A stretch of DNA of 64,000 nucleotides from Guillardia theta CCMP2712 (GCF_000315625.1 NW_005434646.1:186001-250000), one strand, 5' to 3'. Positions 30,427 through 43,260 are shown, counted from the first letter of the stretch. Notes: generated from the sequence alone by a model not told the origin. A program made the numbers and translations.

Positions 30427-31380
30427 TTAAAAATCACTGCGCGCACCCCGCCATGCCAGCGAAGTCGCGGTGGCCAACGCCGAAGGAATGAGACGCATAC
30501 CTGAACGCACCCGCGATGATGGCAGCGAAGGACAGGGAGGCCTTGAGCTGACGAAAGATCCTGGACCGGATGCGTTTGCAAGTCGGATCACCTGAGACGT
30601 CTTGCGAAGCCGAGAGACCATCCAGCGCTGCCGTTTCTTTGTTCGCCGAGGGATCCGCCAGCCACCACAGAAAGCGCAACGCATCGTCCTGCAAGAGTCC
30701 ATCAGTGCTGAAGTCCAGGATCAACCCCCTTCTGCCTGGTGCCAGGATGGACGCGGCATCTCACTCCTGAATCTTTGATGAGGGTACTGAGGACGGCATT
30801 GCACTTCTCATGCGCATCAGTCCATAACGGGCTGCAGTGCCTGCAGGTTGCCATGTGTGTGGTCCCCCCAGGATGACGGAGACGATGGTGGCGTTTATCG
30901 CAATGCGGCGGGAGGTCAATCGGCAGTCCATGAAGAAACTTGTCAGCGGCAGCCACCAAGCTGATGGGCTGCTGCTCAAAGATCCCAGGTTTGTACTTTC
31001 CATAATTGAGTGCCAGATCGTGCGCTGAGGGGTAAACTGAGACAGAAGTTCATCAACTGGGTGGCCTGGTACTCGAAGTGGAGTAGAGAAGCTGGAGTGA
31101 TGTGCCAACAAAGATCGCTGGCGCTCAGAAAGGTTAGCCCGAATACTGCACAACCGAGGAAACTCCATGAGGGATTGTGCCGTGAGCTCCCGCTGGGCTG
31201 GGATGAAAAGCACACTACCAGACGTCCAAAATAAATCAGGCGAGGGGATCCAGTGATTGTCGCACGCAGAATGAAGCTCCGCCAAGGAGGCGCCGAGATT
31301 CCCTGTTCCATCAAGTTCCTGTGAGTGTCCAAACTATCCACTACCTCAAGCATAAACACGTCCTAGCGAAACGGAATGGC
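30427..31380 (-). mobile_element. Degenerate 3' fragment of an RLE-type (CRE-like) non-LTR retrotransposon
   Basis: Frameshifted pieces: AADKFLHGLP..HC..HMATC..WTDAHEKCNAVLSTLIKDSGV resembles the zinc knuckle and RH motif preceding the RLE domain. ALRFLWWLA..FRQLKASLSFAAIIAGA resembles the RLE C-terminus. No RT core is visible. Confidence 0.5.
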
Positions 31381-32466
31381 AGTGGCCTTTCTTCCTCAAT
31401 CCGAAAATGTGATTCGTTTTCGGATATAAGACATGCCAGCAATCGAGAGAAGTGTGTGGTGTGTGCTTTTTTGTGTGGGAGTGTGTGCCGTGTCGCGTTG
31501 TTGATTCATGGAGTAACCATGACACGCTCAGTCTGCCTATCTCTCTCTCTAGTGATAGTGGAGGAATCCTGGTAATCGTGGCAGTTTCAAGGGGTCGACG
31601 GATCCAACGAACACGACAACGTGGGCATTCTGCATGCATGCATGCAAGCACTGTAACTTCAACGGGGGAACAATCGGTCACGGCACCCCAAGCCACGGGA
31701 AGTTTCCCACGAAACTTGCGTTTGGTCGGTCGGCTACCATTACTATGTGACACCAAGAAGATGCGATGCGCGAGGTAGGTTTTTCATCCACGGCCAACCG
31801 TTTCCACAGACACTGTTCGATGACGTAGACCCGGATCCGACATCGGATCCGAGCCCCGGATGATCAGCGGTGACGGTGGAAAATTTTACTGATCACTGGT
31901 CGGAGCGGACTAGCTAGTTCCGACTGAAGCCTGAGAAATCATATGCAGTCGAGGGCGCCAAGCCTGTATAACAAACCGTTGGCTGTTGCCATCATCATGA
32001 CGCCGTATCCGTGACATCCAAGTTCAACGTCGCAGTGGGCTACTACTGAATGAATCGAGAAAGCAGCATGCTTGTGCCGCGGTGCTGTATGTCATCACAC
32101 AATTCAGCCTGGCAAGCGAGAACTCCCGCCGTTGATGAGCTGAAACTTCAGGTCCGTTCAGTGAAGTGTTTCCTGTGCGCGGAGAATGAAAGCGCATCTG
32201 GCTTGTCCCCTCTCAGATTTGCAAGTTCCCAAAGTCGTTTGTTGTAGCTAAAGAAAAGCTTGAACTTGGATCAGCCAGCCACAGTGAAAAAACCAGGAAG
32301 GGAGGCAGAAAGGTAAGGAAGACGGAGGCGGAGGGGAGAGAGGGAGAAAGAGAACAACTGTGCGTCTGATCCTCGCATGGCTCAAAATGAAAGATCCCGG
32401 CATACGTAGCAGGGACAGTTGCTGATTCAACGCCAAACTATTGCTGGTTGCGAATACGATGCAGAA

Positions 32467-32778
32467 CTAGTGCTTCGGTGAGAGGTCAGCTCTGACAACT
32501 TGCAGGTCATCTCTCTCCTTCTCAGACTTGGAGTTGATGCTATCAGAATCTTGCTTGATGGAGGTTGCAATCAAGTTCTTTTCAGCAATCTTGGATCGAG
32601 CTCGTTGTATATTCTGAAACAGAAAATCATCCTTTCCCGATTGTTTCGTCTTTTCTGTCTTGACATCGATTTCAATCATCTTCGATCGCATCATTTTGAC
32701 AAATTTTTTCTGCTCGTGGTTTAGGGCAAAACAACTCCTTCTCGGAGCTTTGCCTGGCATCACCTTTGCTTCTTTCAT
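32467..32778 (-). CDS. Small basic protein of unknown function, paralogue A
   Basis: MKEAKVMPGKAPRRSCFALNHEQKK...KDDFLFQNIQRARSKI, similar to the ORF at 33928-34272. The ends are uncertain and may be spliced. Confidence 0.55.
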   Translation of the reverse strand: MKEAKVMPGKAPRRSCFALNHEQKKFVKMMRSKMIEIDVKTEKTKQSGKDDFLFQNIQRARSKIAEKNLIATSIKQDSDSINSKSEKERDDLQVVRADLSPKH

Positions 32779-32829
32779 AGCTACTTTCTCCGACCAAAAT
32801 CCCAAACTAAATGATGAGCCCAGTTTTTA

Positions 32830-32970
32830 GGAGGAGCAGGAGCAGGAGAAGGAGCAGGAGCAGGAGCAGGAGCAAGAGCAGGAGGAGGAGGAGGAGGAGC
32901 AGGAGGAGCAGGAGAAGGAGCAGGAGCAGGAGCAGGAGCAGGATCAGGATCAGGATCAGGATCAGGAGCA
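32830..32970. repeat. (GAGCAG/GATCAG)n microsatellite
   Basis: Direct inspection; similar arrays occur at 18626-18772 and, inverted, at 58700-58875. Confidence 0.9.
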
Positions 32971-33927
32971 CTAACAGTCCTTAGGGTGGGGCACCAAAGT
33001 CAAGGTACCTTACAGCAAGCAAAGGCAGCAAGTTGATGTGCCGTAGGCCTCGCTATCATGGCGGGTCGAAATAACGAGGGGGTAGGGGTACCCTTTTTTA
33101 TTACCTGATCCTGTTTCTTGGGAGGGTAGGGTGCCCTCGGTCGGGGATGCAAAACAATGGCTGTAAAAAGAGCCTCAAGAAAGCAATGTTTCAGATCTGG
33201 TGTTGTAAAGAGGGTGCGGAAATCATGGCATAAACATGGCAGAAACTTCAAAAAACACATTTTCGTGAAATGACCGAACCGGGATTACCTGTAAGTTGGC
33301 TGTACCCTACCCTACGATATAGCTTGAGATAACCCCACCCTCTGAGCTAGCGTCCCTCTAACTCGATATCAGCAATGTGTGTTGTAATCTTCAAACATAC
33401 ACAGGTTGGAATGGGCTGACTCAGTTACGCTGCCATGGATTGATAGTGTCTCTTGCGTTGATGTCATCTGGCTCCATCTGTAATTGAAATCCACCCCCTT
33501 CTCCTACCAGGAAGACATACTACGGGTGGTCCTTCGGAGCTTGCCTTGGGTCCCTTCAAAAAGGATCCGACTTCTTCTACCAGCGCTGTTCTTATAGCTT
33601 CTCCACATCCCCGCGCAAGCCAATTTTTGCTTACCACCATCCACCCCCTCCATAAAGGTATTGTTTTGGGGTCCTACAGTCGACTTCTCGCGTCCGTTGG
33701 ACTTCAAGTGATATTGACGTCACGCTGTCGACCGCTTGCTGACTGAAAAGACCAATGCAACTAGTAGTAAAGATTGTCTTGTACTACAGGGAGTTTACTA
33801 CACGGAATCCCAAATATAAAGTCGACTCCTTCGGGCGGGACTCTCATCCTCCTCTTCGCTCTACCTGCAGCATACCCTCCGCTCGTCCTCTTTCTCTTCC
33901 TCCTTCCTCTCGAGAACTCCCAGAAGA

Positions 33928-34272
33928 ATGGCTCCCAAGAGCTTTCAGATCATTCGCGATCTTCGGATGTACGCTGCCTCTGCGACTGAGCCCCGCAAGT
34001 CGTTCAGGCTCAACGAGGCACAGAAAGCGTGCATGGACGACATGGTCGCCAGAGCCAAGTCGAAGGCAACCGAGGAACTCGATGCTCCAACCGCCAAGAA
34101 CTTCGTCTTCAACAACATCCTTGTTGCCAGGGTGAAGCTGAACAGCGCCTCAAAAGCCAACGGTTCTGTAGAAGATCCTGAGAGCACACGCAAGAGATCG
34201 GTGCCTGAGAGCGAGGAAAGCGCACTTTGTAGAAAACTCACCTGTACTCGACACGATATTCATGTATTCTAA
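33928..34272 (+). CDS. Small basic protein of unknown function, paralogue B
   Basis: 114-aa ORF with strong coding-like codon usage: EPRKSFRLNEAQK...KNFVFNNILVARVKL, followed by AATAAA. Confidence 0.7.
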   Translation: MAPKSFQIIRDLRMYAASATEPRKSFRLNEAQKACMDDMVARAKSKATEELDAPTAKNFVFNNILVARVKLNSASKANGSVEDPESTRKRSVPESEESALCRKLTCTRHDIHVF

Positions 34273-34823
34273 ATTCAATAAACATTCCAATTCAATTTAT
34301 TCCATCTTTGATAAACTTTTCGTGATTGCGTTGCCCATAGCAAGGAAATCACTGTGATAGCCAGTAGATATTTGTCGTTGGCACGAGCAGAGCCCCATTC
34401 AATCATGGAGGGAGGAGAGTTTAAACTGTAGAATGACATTTACTGATTGAGAATGCAGATGGATCAGACGGGGCAGAAATCTTAAAACAGCTGCAGGCTT
34501 GGACGAATCGCAGTACGATTTTGGTCTTGCGTTGATTGGGCAGATCCGTCGTGATTGCGTCATTACTCATGCACGACGATGGAGTGTCTTGGATATGAAT
34601 GTATTTTGGTTGAGATACTTGTCAACCTGTTTTCAATCAACAAGTTGTGAATACTCAGAAAGGAGATGTTCAACTTGGGACACGAACAGCACTTGGGCTA
34701 TTCTCCATTCTCCGTGCACAGACCGTTATACCGTTACAATGAACGTTATGCTGGCCGTTGTGAACCCAATTGGGGCATGAGGGAGATGTGGGTATGTGGA
34801 GGGAAGTGGGACAGGATATCGGC

Positions 34824-34897
34824 ATGGGAGGAGGCGCTTTGCCGGTATGGTGGATGATAGCTGGGTTGGGTGCAGCGATGGCAGGAGGAGGAGCAGG

Positions 34898-34933
<36 letters not shown>

Positions 34934-36561
34934 AAGAGGGTTGACGAGGATGTGGAAGTTGAGCAGCTTAGAAGCGGGAGGAGGGGGGGGGGAGCAGCGA
35001 TGTTGGGATATGCGCGTAAGGCTGAGAGGAGGAGGGCCGGTGGTGGATCTGATGCCCAAGGTTCAACCGATCCCTTCCAATTACGACGAGATATACTCAA
35101 GTCCTGAGGGAGAAGCTCTCTTGCAAGCAGCTGAGAGAGCAGCGGCGAGTGGCAATTTCAGCCATGCCCGCATGCTACATAAGAAGTCAATCGAGAGGTT
35201 CAGCAAGGCGTTTGCCTTGTCGCGATGGACAGATCAGCTCAATTCCTTGCGCAAGAGGATCAACGAAGGAGAGGAGGAGGCGAAACGAGCAGCAGAGGCT
35301 GTAGATCCGCCGTTCTGGTCCGTCTCTCAACATCTCAACCTCACGGAGCAGCAGGTGGCGCAGCTTGAGGAGTGGGTGGGAGCGCCGGTGATGGCGGCAA
35401 ATGCCATGTTTGTGGCGTCCCAGCATGGATTTGAGAGCAGAGAGTTCCATCGGCGATGCGATGGAGTTGCGCCATCGCTCGTCCTCGTTCGCACGGCGAC
35501 AGGGCACATCTTCGGAGGCTACACGTCGCAACCATGGTCAAAAGGAATACTAACGCGCAGGCCGCCCAGATGGTCGCCGAAGATGGTGGAGGACAAGCAT
35601 GCGTTCGTGTTTCGTCTGTATGCTCCTCCTGACTGGGTGCCCAAGTCGTACAAGGACGTCTTCGGAGAAGACTACGAGCAAGACATTGCAAAGCCGCTGT
35701 GTGAGGCCCTGAGCATCAGTATCGACGAGGAGGACGGGAACGTGGATGCGATGCAGACCAGCGATGTGCCCGACGGGCAACGATGGTGCCTGGACGTTCC
35801 TGTCAGCGGCATATCCAACATCACAGGAGGGGTCAACGGCAGCTCTGCCCAGCACGAGCCCTGCATCCTACGTAGGAGCTACAAAGAGCCGGACGTCGCT
35901 CCTGTCCGGCACGTGTGGTGCAAGGGCCCTTGCTTCACGCATGCCCTAGAGATTGGTGAGCTCGGAATGCTGCGCTCCTCAGCTCTTCTCTCTCCCTTTA
36001 CACCTTCTCTCAGATCTCGACGATCCTCAACGATCCTTCTCCGATCTGCTCTCCGGCGCGATCTTCCACATGCCTCCTGGCGTACGTTGACGCGTTTTTG
36101 TCTCCTTTCCCCTTCCCATCCATCGTCTTCTTCAACCCCCTTTCGACAACCACATGCAACAACTATCACTGCTACTCTTGCTCGCTCTCCCCGACTCCCC
36201 ATTGCCTTGCTTCTTCTTCTACCCCTTCCCCTCCTCCCTCCTCAACCGTTTTCACCGCTCCCTCCTCTACCTCTGCTCTTCCTTTATTCCTGGTCTACCA
36301 CTTCCCCTTCCCTTCCTCCCCATGGCGTCCTAGCTCTCACCGGCTCCTCGAACGCACTGCCCATCAACCTTGTCACTGTCTCCTCACCAGGTTCCTAACG
36401 ACCAAGAGAAGCTTTTCCTGGCTGGAAAACTGGGAGGAAGAACCATGCGGGAGGCCGACTCTCCTGTAGCTGCTCTTTCCTCCTACTCCTCCTACCGTCC
36501 GCTGACTGGCATGCAGTTGTGCTCATGGACCTTCGCAGAAGTCGCTGTGATCAAAGTATGA
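34824..36561 (+). CDS. TLDc-domain protein with hydrophobic N-terminus and RLRGG presequence
   Basis: MFVASQHGFESREFHRRCDGVAPSLVLVRTATGHIFGGYTSQPW and HAFVFRL. A pyrimidine-rich intron lies at ~35956-36390, and the last exon ends WTFAEVAVIKV*. Confidence 0.85.
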
Positions 36562-36832
36562 ACGGTCGAGGACAGTCAAGCTCTTCTTTCCGAGGTTGCT
36601 CAGAGCAGACAGCGGATCATCGAAAAGTTTTAAGATACACCCCGACGATGATCAAGGGATGAAGAGATTGGGAGGGTGAAGTATGGCCGGGGCTGAGTTG
36701 ATTTCCCATCATGTAATATTCACAAGTCGTCGAAACATGACGACGGTTGCAGGCAGAGCATGCAAGTCAGAATCAATGAATATGACTGCTGTCAGTCCCT
36801 CTTTCAACTTCTGTACATGTCTGCACTCCCTC

Positions 36833-39800
36833 TCATGCCCCGCAGAGTTGGAGGCAGACCGGATGGCCTACTGGCAGGACTGTCTGGTTCTGAAGAGCAC
36901 AAGTCAGAGCGAGAGACGGGGGACAAGACGAAGGAGAAGTTGAGAGGAAGGGGGGGAGAAGACGGAGCGCAGAGAAGTAAACGATGGATCTTAAAGAGGA
37001 GTGGGCGATTCAAAAAGGAGGGAGCGTGGGTGATGGAATAGGAAGAGGGTGAGGAACCTGATAGACAAGGTCTGGATTGAGTGAGAACAGCGACTTCAGC
37101 GTCATCTGCGCCATTGCTGCCACCATCGTCGTCAGAAACTTGAGCACTTTTCACGCATTGCGGGCGGAGAACAAGGGGAGGGAGTGATCGAAATTTTCAA
37201 GCTTACAACGAGAATGCACGGCTGAATTAAGTAGGCAGAGGAGATGGAGGTAGAGAGGGGAGGAGCAAGAAGAGGAGGAGTATAGAGTACCTGCGATGGT
37301 GACGAGAGTATCGCCGGGCTGTACGAGGTACTTGGGGCCGATGACGAACTTGTCGCCAGCTGAAAGCCTGTCGGGGTTGACCATGGGGTTGCTGTTGTAC
37401 ACCCTCAACCAGTTGATCTGGAAGTCGTAGCGAGCGACCTGCACGCGCCGATCACTCATGTTGTAAGGGATCGGTGAGGAGGAGGGAGAGGGGAGGAGTG
37501 AAGGAGGAGGGAATGACTGAGGTGAAGTAGAAAGAAGCATAAGCAAGTGAAGAGAAGAGTAGGAAGGAAGCATTGGGGGATCGTAAGATCAAGTCAAGTA
37601 CCAGCGTGCTCAAGGTAGAGGCGTGCGGCACGCAGTATCTACATCGCTCCACGGAGTAGAGGATGCAATATCTCTTGGAGAAGACGTCAATGGAGGGATC
37701 GTTGGGCCCAAGCTTGGCAGGGTCGAACCCTGAAATGGTCGGTCTTGCGAGGAAGCATCGTAGAATGTCTCTCCCCTCCATCCCCCTACTTGGTATCCAT
37801 GAGAACTGTGCTTCGTTCTTCCAGGAGTTGGTAGCCGATCCCACGACAGTCTGCACGAACTGGATGTCGTCCGCCGGGCAGTCAGCAGGGCAGTTGGAAC
37901 CGCTCTCAAAGCCGTCGCAGACGCCGTTGCCGCAGCATTGCTCGGAAGGGTTGAGCCCTTGGCAGGGAACGACTGAGGCCCCGCACTCGTCGCAGACAGG
38001 CATCAGCTCCTCCATGACCTTTATGCCGAAGTTGGGAGAAGCAGCCGAGATGGACAGAGCGTACTCGCAGCCGACCGTGACGTTAGCAAAGTTGCTCATG
38101 GGAGGGCAGGGGGAGCCGGCGGGGCAGAGGTTACTGATGGACATGGCGATGTCAGGACCGGAGACTTGGATGTAGAAGCAGCGAGGAAGGGAAGTCATGC
38201 CGTTGCCCGCGTACGCCTGGAAGCAGATGGAGATCTGAGTGTCTTCCTGCCCGACTTGGGCTGTGTAGTTGTAGTAACGACGGTAGGCGAGGTTGTTGTA
38301 GGGAGAAACGCGAGGGATGGTCTCCTGGGGAGTCATAAACGAGCCCAGAGGCGCTCCGGGGTCCGAGAGCATAGCGATCATCACATCCTGTCCTGCGTTG
38401 TTGATGGTGGCGAGCAGCTGGATGGTCAAGGTGGACCCGAGGAGGACTGTGAAGATTCTGCCGTTGGGCTGGGTACCTTCTCCTTGCACCCCCGAGTTCG
38501 ATGTCTCACTGTCAAGAAAGAAGGGGCTGCTTGCGATGGCGAGAGAGAAGCAGATCTTGCACGTGTCGTTGTTGGGGGGGATGCCGTAGGTTTGCAGCCA
38601 CAGGGCGCCGTCCACCCCGACGCGAAGCTGCTCCGTCACCTGGTAGCAAACCTTCAAGGGTCCAACGAAGTTGGTGCTGCTGGACTCAATGCAGGGCACA
38701 GCGTTGGGGCATGAGGTGTCGGACGGCCCGCTGCACTGTAGCGAAGAGTTTGCGCACTTGAAAGGATACATCTTCATCAGATCCCACTCTAGCGCGTTCA
38801 GCACGTCGTTCCTCCCCGAGGTGGCGGTGTAGGAGGAGGTACAAGTGTCGTAGCTCGAGTCCCCGCAGGAGTACTTATCGCTCTCCCCCACAGGAGGATA
38901 CACATCCCGCGGATATTTGTCAAGGGTGGGGCCTGCGACTGTGAACTTCACGTTGAGGGCCTCCGGAAGGTAGCTGTCATGCGCATGCACGGGAAACTGA
39001 TACAGGGTCCCTGCCTTTGCAAACTCCCTGTTGCAACATTTGTTGTTGGTACAGGCGCAGTTCTCCAAGCCACAACACTCGCAACAAGTCTCAGAGCAGT
39101 CAAGGTACTTCGTCGGTGAGATGAAAGAAGGAGAGGGGTTTGGCAAGGGCGGACGGCTGTATACAAAGAAGCATGATGGGCTCGATCGCAGCGCCTTGAA
39201 GCTAGCTGCTGACCCCACGTCTACCGTGTCCTCTGCTTCAAAGCAGAACTGAAATAGCCCCACCTGCGACAGATCTTCGCATTGTGGCCTCCATGCTATC
39301 TCGATGTAGTTCAAGTTCGATTCCACATGCTGAGTGTACGACACGCCTTTCGGCAAGTCTGTCGACGGAGCGATGTACCGCAGTCTCTGCCCCGTCTCGA
39401 TACACTCTGCTGGCTTAGTGTTGACATCGTTCTGGAAGTACACCTTGAACGTGGGTGTAGTGCTGTTGAATATCCACTGATTCTCTCCGCACTGGATCTG
39501 CACGCTGTTGACATTCGTAGTCGTGAGAGGGAAAGCAAACTTGGGCGCATGCCAGTTCGAGGTCCCCGGAGCCAAGATCTTCACCAAGAAGTCTACTGTC
39601 ACCCCCATCTCCTTGCCTGAGATGTACGTGTACGCTACCACAGTCACCTGAAAAGTCCCTTCCCTGTTCACGTCGAAGTCGAACTGATCTCCTCGGATCC
39701 TCACGGGCAGTGAAGACGTCGACGTCGCTTGTACCTCTGTCAAGGTGCACCGAGCGCTGTCGTATCGCTGCAGCACTGACGGCGGAGCCGTGCCCGAGTA

Positions 39801-40971
39801 GCACTTGTACGCTCCCATCTCCCGGATCGTGCCCAATCGGTAATCTGAAAACAAGCAGGTCAGGCGAGGTCAAGTACCATAGCTAGGGTCATGACTCACA
39901 GATGGGATAGCTGGCCTCTTGATGATATGCTTGCAAGGTAAACGATCGATAGCAACTGCTTGACAGACATATCGTAGAAGCACAGGCTGAGTTCTCTGTC
40001 TGCGGGGAAGCTGATCGTAACACTGTCACATCGGGCATGTTCCACCGGATCGATGACTTGTACAGCGGCACTGAGCCAGTACTCGGCACCGTCACTGCTG
40101 CTCGCACATGAAATGGCCAGAGCGGGTTATTCTGCACCAAGTAGTCTCCGTTGGTAGCCACGGCTCCTTCCGCTTGTTGCCGGCAGCAGCCCTCGAAATA
40201 TACCTGAAACCGTCTCACGTCAGTATCGTCTGCGAGGCCCCCGTACCGCCTTCTTCTCCTCTCACCGTGTAGTCTCCTCCGCTCGGAAAGTCCACCTGGA
40301 AAGAGTACCGCGCAAACACGCGTCTATCGAAAGGGTTGGTCGACGACTGTGCCTTAGGCTCGGATATGCGAGTAATCTGGAAAATGTAGAAGTCGTTTGC
40401 TCCCGCCGAGCACGGCGAGACTGGGCAGGAGACGACGCCTTGAGCAAGCTCAAGCCCTGGCATGTACGTCGCGTCCCCCAGGCCGTGGTACCATCCGATC
40501 CTTCTGTACCTCTGCGGGCCATCGCCCGACAGCGATCCCTTGTACAACCTGGAAGAAACATCAGCATCACTGTTGACGGTGCCTTCAAGCCTTGCCTCAG
40601 GTCCTTCACAGCTCCCCCCGTGTTGTTGTAGGTCTGTACGTCTGTTGCCACGGTTTGCAACATGATCGTCGTATCATCACTCAATATGGCCCACGAGCAA
40701 TGCAGCGACACGCCGATCGATCTAGGGTTACTCCTCGCTTCCTTGCATACGCTGGGGAACAGAGGATCATAGAAGCCTCCTGTGAAGTCTTTTGTGTTGC
40801 TTCGGTAGCATGTCTTCCACTCGATCTCGCAGAAACGGTATGTTTGCCCTGCACAACGTCATCAACACCAACATCGAAACATCGCAACGAGCAAGAAACT
40901 TCACCTTGACAAGTCCCCAGCAGGCAGGCTAGGATGACAGCTGCAAGTCCAGACGACGGCCAGCATCGCAT
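36833..40971 (-). CDS. Large secreted Cys-rich protein with Ig-like modules and two C-terminal LysM domains
   Basis: Signal peptide MRCWPSSGLAAVILACLLGTCQG, an 800-codon central exon and CCGNGVCDGFESGSNCPADC. LysM region: CRYCV..TLST/VARY..WLRVYNSNP, YLVQPGDTLVTIA/..TLKSLFSLNPDL/..LPVGHPVCLQLCGA*. Confidence 0.85.
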
Positions 40972-41050
40972 GCCATGACGACCATCCAGCCCTCTCCTCC
41001 TCCCTCCCTCGCCCTCGCCCTCCTCCTGCATCGCCCGCGCCGGCCGGTGA
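38512..41050. repeat. Segmental duplication, copy 1 (~2.54 kb)
   Basis: Aligns to 44512-47049 at an offset of 6000/5999 with roughly 30 differences counted by eye. Confidence 0.97.
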
Positions 41051-41357
41051 GGAGCCTCACCCATGGCGCCTCTTCGCCCCGGACGCCGCCTTGACTAACC
41101 CCACCCCTCATCTTTTCCTTGTCCACTACCCCCTTTCATTTACCCCTTCTGTTTCCTAGGAAACTACCCCTCCGATTTATGTGTCGCGCGCAAAATAAAC
41201 AAAATCAAGTTTGTTGTAATCGACAACACCAGGTACCCCACCCCCTTTCTGAATGGTCTTATCTCTACCCCTACCCCTGTCCACGTGTACAGGATCATGG
41301 GAAACAGACCCCTGAAGTTGCACCCCTTTTGGTAGAATGCGACCAAAAATGCAGAAC

Positions 41358-43260
41358 GATGTCAGAACGATGTCGGAGGCGCAGCAGAACGATGTCGGAG
41401 GCGCGTGAGCGACGACAGGAGCGGGCGTTTGACCTGATAGAGAGCAAAGTTATGGCTGATAACACGATGAGAATGTACACCAGCAAGATCAGTCGGATCG
41501 TGAGTCTGCTCGTGAAGGTCCTCCCAATAGCATGCGAAAACTTTCAGTGCCTGTCTGGAGAGCTCGTAACAAACACCGAATTACAATGCTGGCAAAACAG
41601 AAGAGTTGCGTCGTTGAGGGCAGGCGATCGGTTGGAGGGACCCGAAGATAACGAAGAACAACAAGAGTTGGTGGGGGTGAAGGTCTGGAGGCTGAGGAGG
41701 ACCAGGTCAAGTAGGAGGACCAGGAGGACCAGGACCAGGAGGACGAGGCACAAAATCCTGAGAACACCGATTCACAAGGGGAGGATGTGAATTTCTCATG
41801 TTACCAGGCCAGCAAACAGACGATGTCGGTAGGATCGCTGCAACGGTACAAGAGCGCCCTGAAGGTATACTAGTTGTTGGACGAAAGTCTCAATCGACTC
41901 ATCAAAGGCTATGCCAGGGTGGTTGCCCGAAAGATATCCATGGGCATCATGAAACAAGGCAAGAGCGGGTAGGCATTGAAAGAGTATGGACTTGTCTGTG
42001 AAAAGATGATCCAACTCCGTTCAGACGTTATTATGCGAGAAGTAGGATCAACAGGCATGTTCGGGTTTGCTGCCACAACCATCATGTAGAACTGTTGCTG
42101 TGGGAGCGAGGTATTAGACATTCTACATCTCCAGCACTTTGATTGTGAGAACGACTGCTTGAAGTTTGACCATCATGAAAACGAAGTTGTACCAAGGAGG
42201 GGTTGACGCCGACACTCTTTCTCTGAGAGCAAGGCATGTCTTGGCAGCTACAAGAGGTGTTTACCCGTCTTCCTTGCGCAGATCTTGAACCATCATCCAG
42301 TCTGATGCTTCCTAGTCACCACTTCCTGTAGAGATCTCCTGGCTTTTGGGTTCAAGGGATCGCAAACAATGCAATTCCTGAAAGAGTTGAGGTAGCGTTA
42401 CATCAGTTTTGCCATGGGAAATGTCAAGAATGTGGTATGACAGGCAGTGGAGCTTCCGATGCATGTCATGAATGTTGGTGAGATCAGAAAACTACGAGAA
42501 AATCGAGCGCTGGGACTCAAGCTGCTATGTAACACCGTGAAAGTAGTTGTAGCTTGCTTGCCCGAAGAAATCTTTCGCTTGATCATGACGAGTATTGAGG
42601 CTAACGGACGTGTTGCTCTTGCTGAGGGAAACGTTGAGAAGCTGCGAGAGGAAATGACTGCTATGATGAACCGAGGCTTCCATGAGATCATGGCAGGACT
42701 GCAGCCGTCACGACAGATACAGGCGATGAGGCGACGGTGAGGGGAGGGGGAGGGAAAGCGCCGGGAATGTTGTTGCTCAACGACAGGACAGGCAGGATGA
42801 TTGAAGGCGAAACATTCACGTGGGGAGGAATGGTACAACCCGTTCCTCAGGGCTTCATTTTCCCACAGAAGACACCTTGCAGGAGTTGATGGTAACGATG
42901 GAATTCTGGGCAAGAGGAGAAGATAGATGGTGAACGGTTGCGCCTTGGTCCACTGTAACGGTTGGAGGGAATCAAACTGGTGTGTTCCAACAAGAGATAG
43001 AATCTTTGCAAATCAAAAGCAGTCATGTTGACCATCGAAGAGATTGGTAGAGGACTTGCGCATCTGAGTTCTGAAATTAGAATAGACCATCTGAACTATT
43101 CAGATTGTTCAATCATGGTTACGTTGAACTTGTCAAACAAAGGTATGGAGAAGATGCATGGAGAACAGAGAGAGAGAGGGGTTCACTGAGCTTTCATACA
43201 CAACTCTGTACAAGAAGTTATGTCGAAGCAACAAAGGTCGAATGTACAAGAGGAAGAGAA
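41358..43260 (+). mobile_element. Decayed Crypton-like (CryptonS-type) tyrosine-recombinase DNA transposon
   Basis: One frame reads SLQRYKSALKVY*..IKGYARVVARKISMGIMKQGKSG*ALKEYGLVC..FGFAATTIM*NCCCGSEVLDILHLQHFDCENDCL..*RYISFAMG..ELP..LPEEIFRLIM..ANG. This is followed by FTWGGMVQPVPQGFIFP..W*RWNSG..GPL (GCR1_C-like). There are multiple stop codons. Confidence 0.7.
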
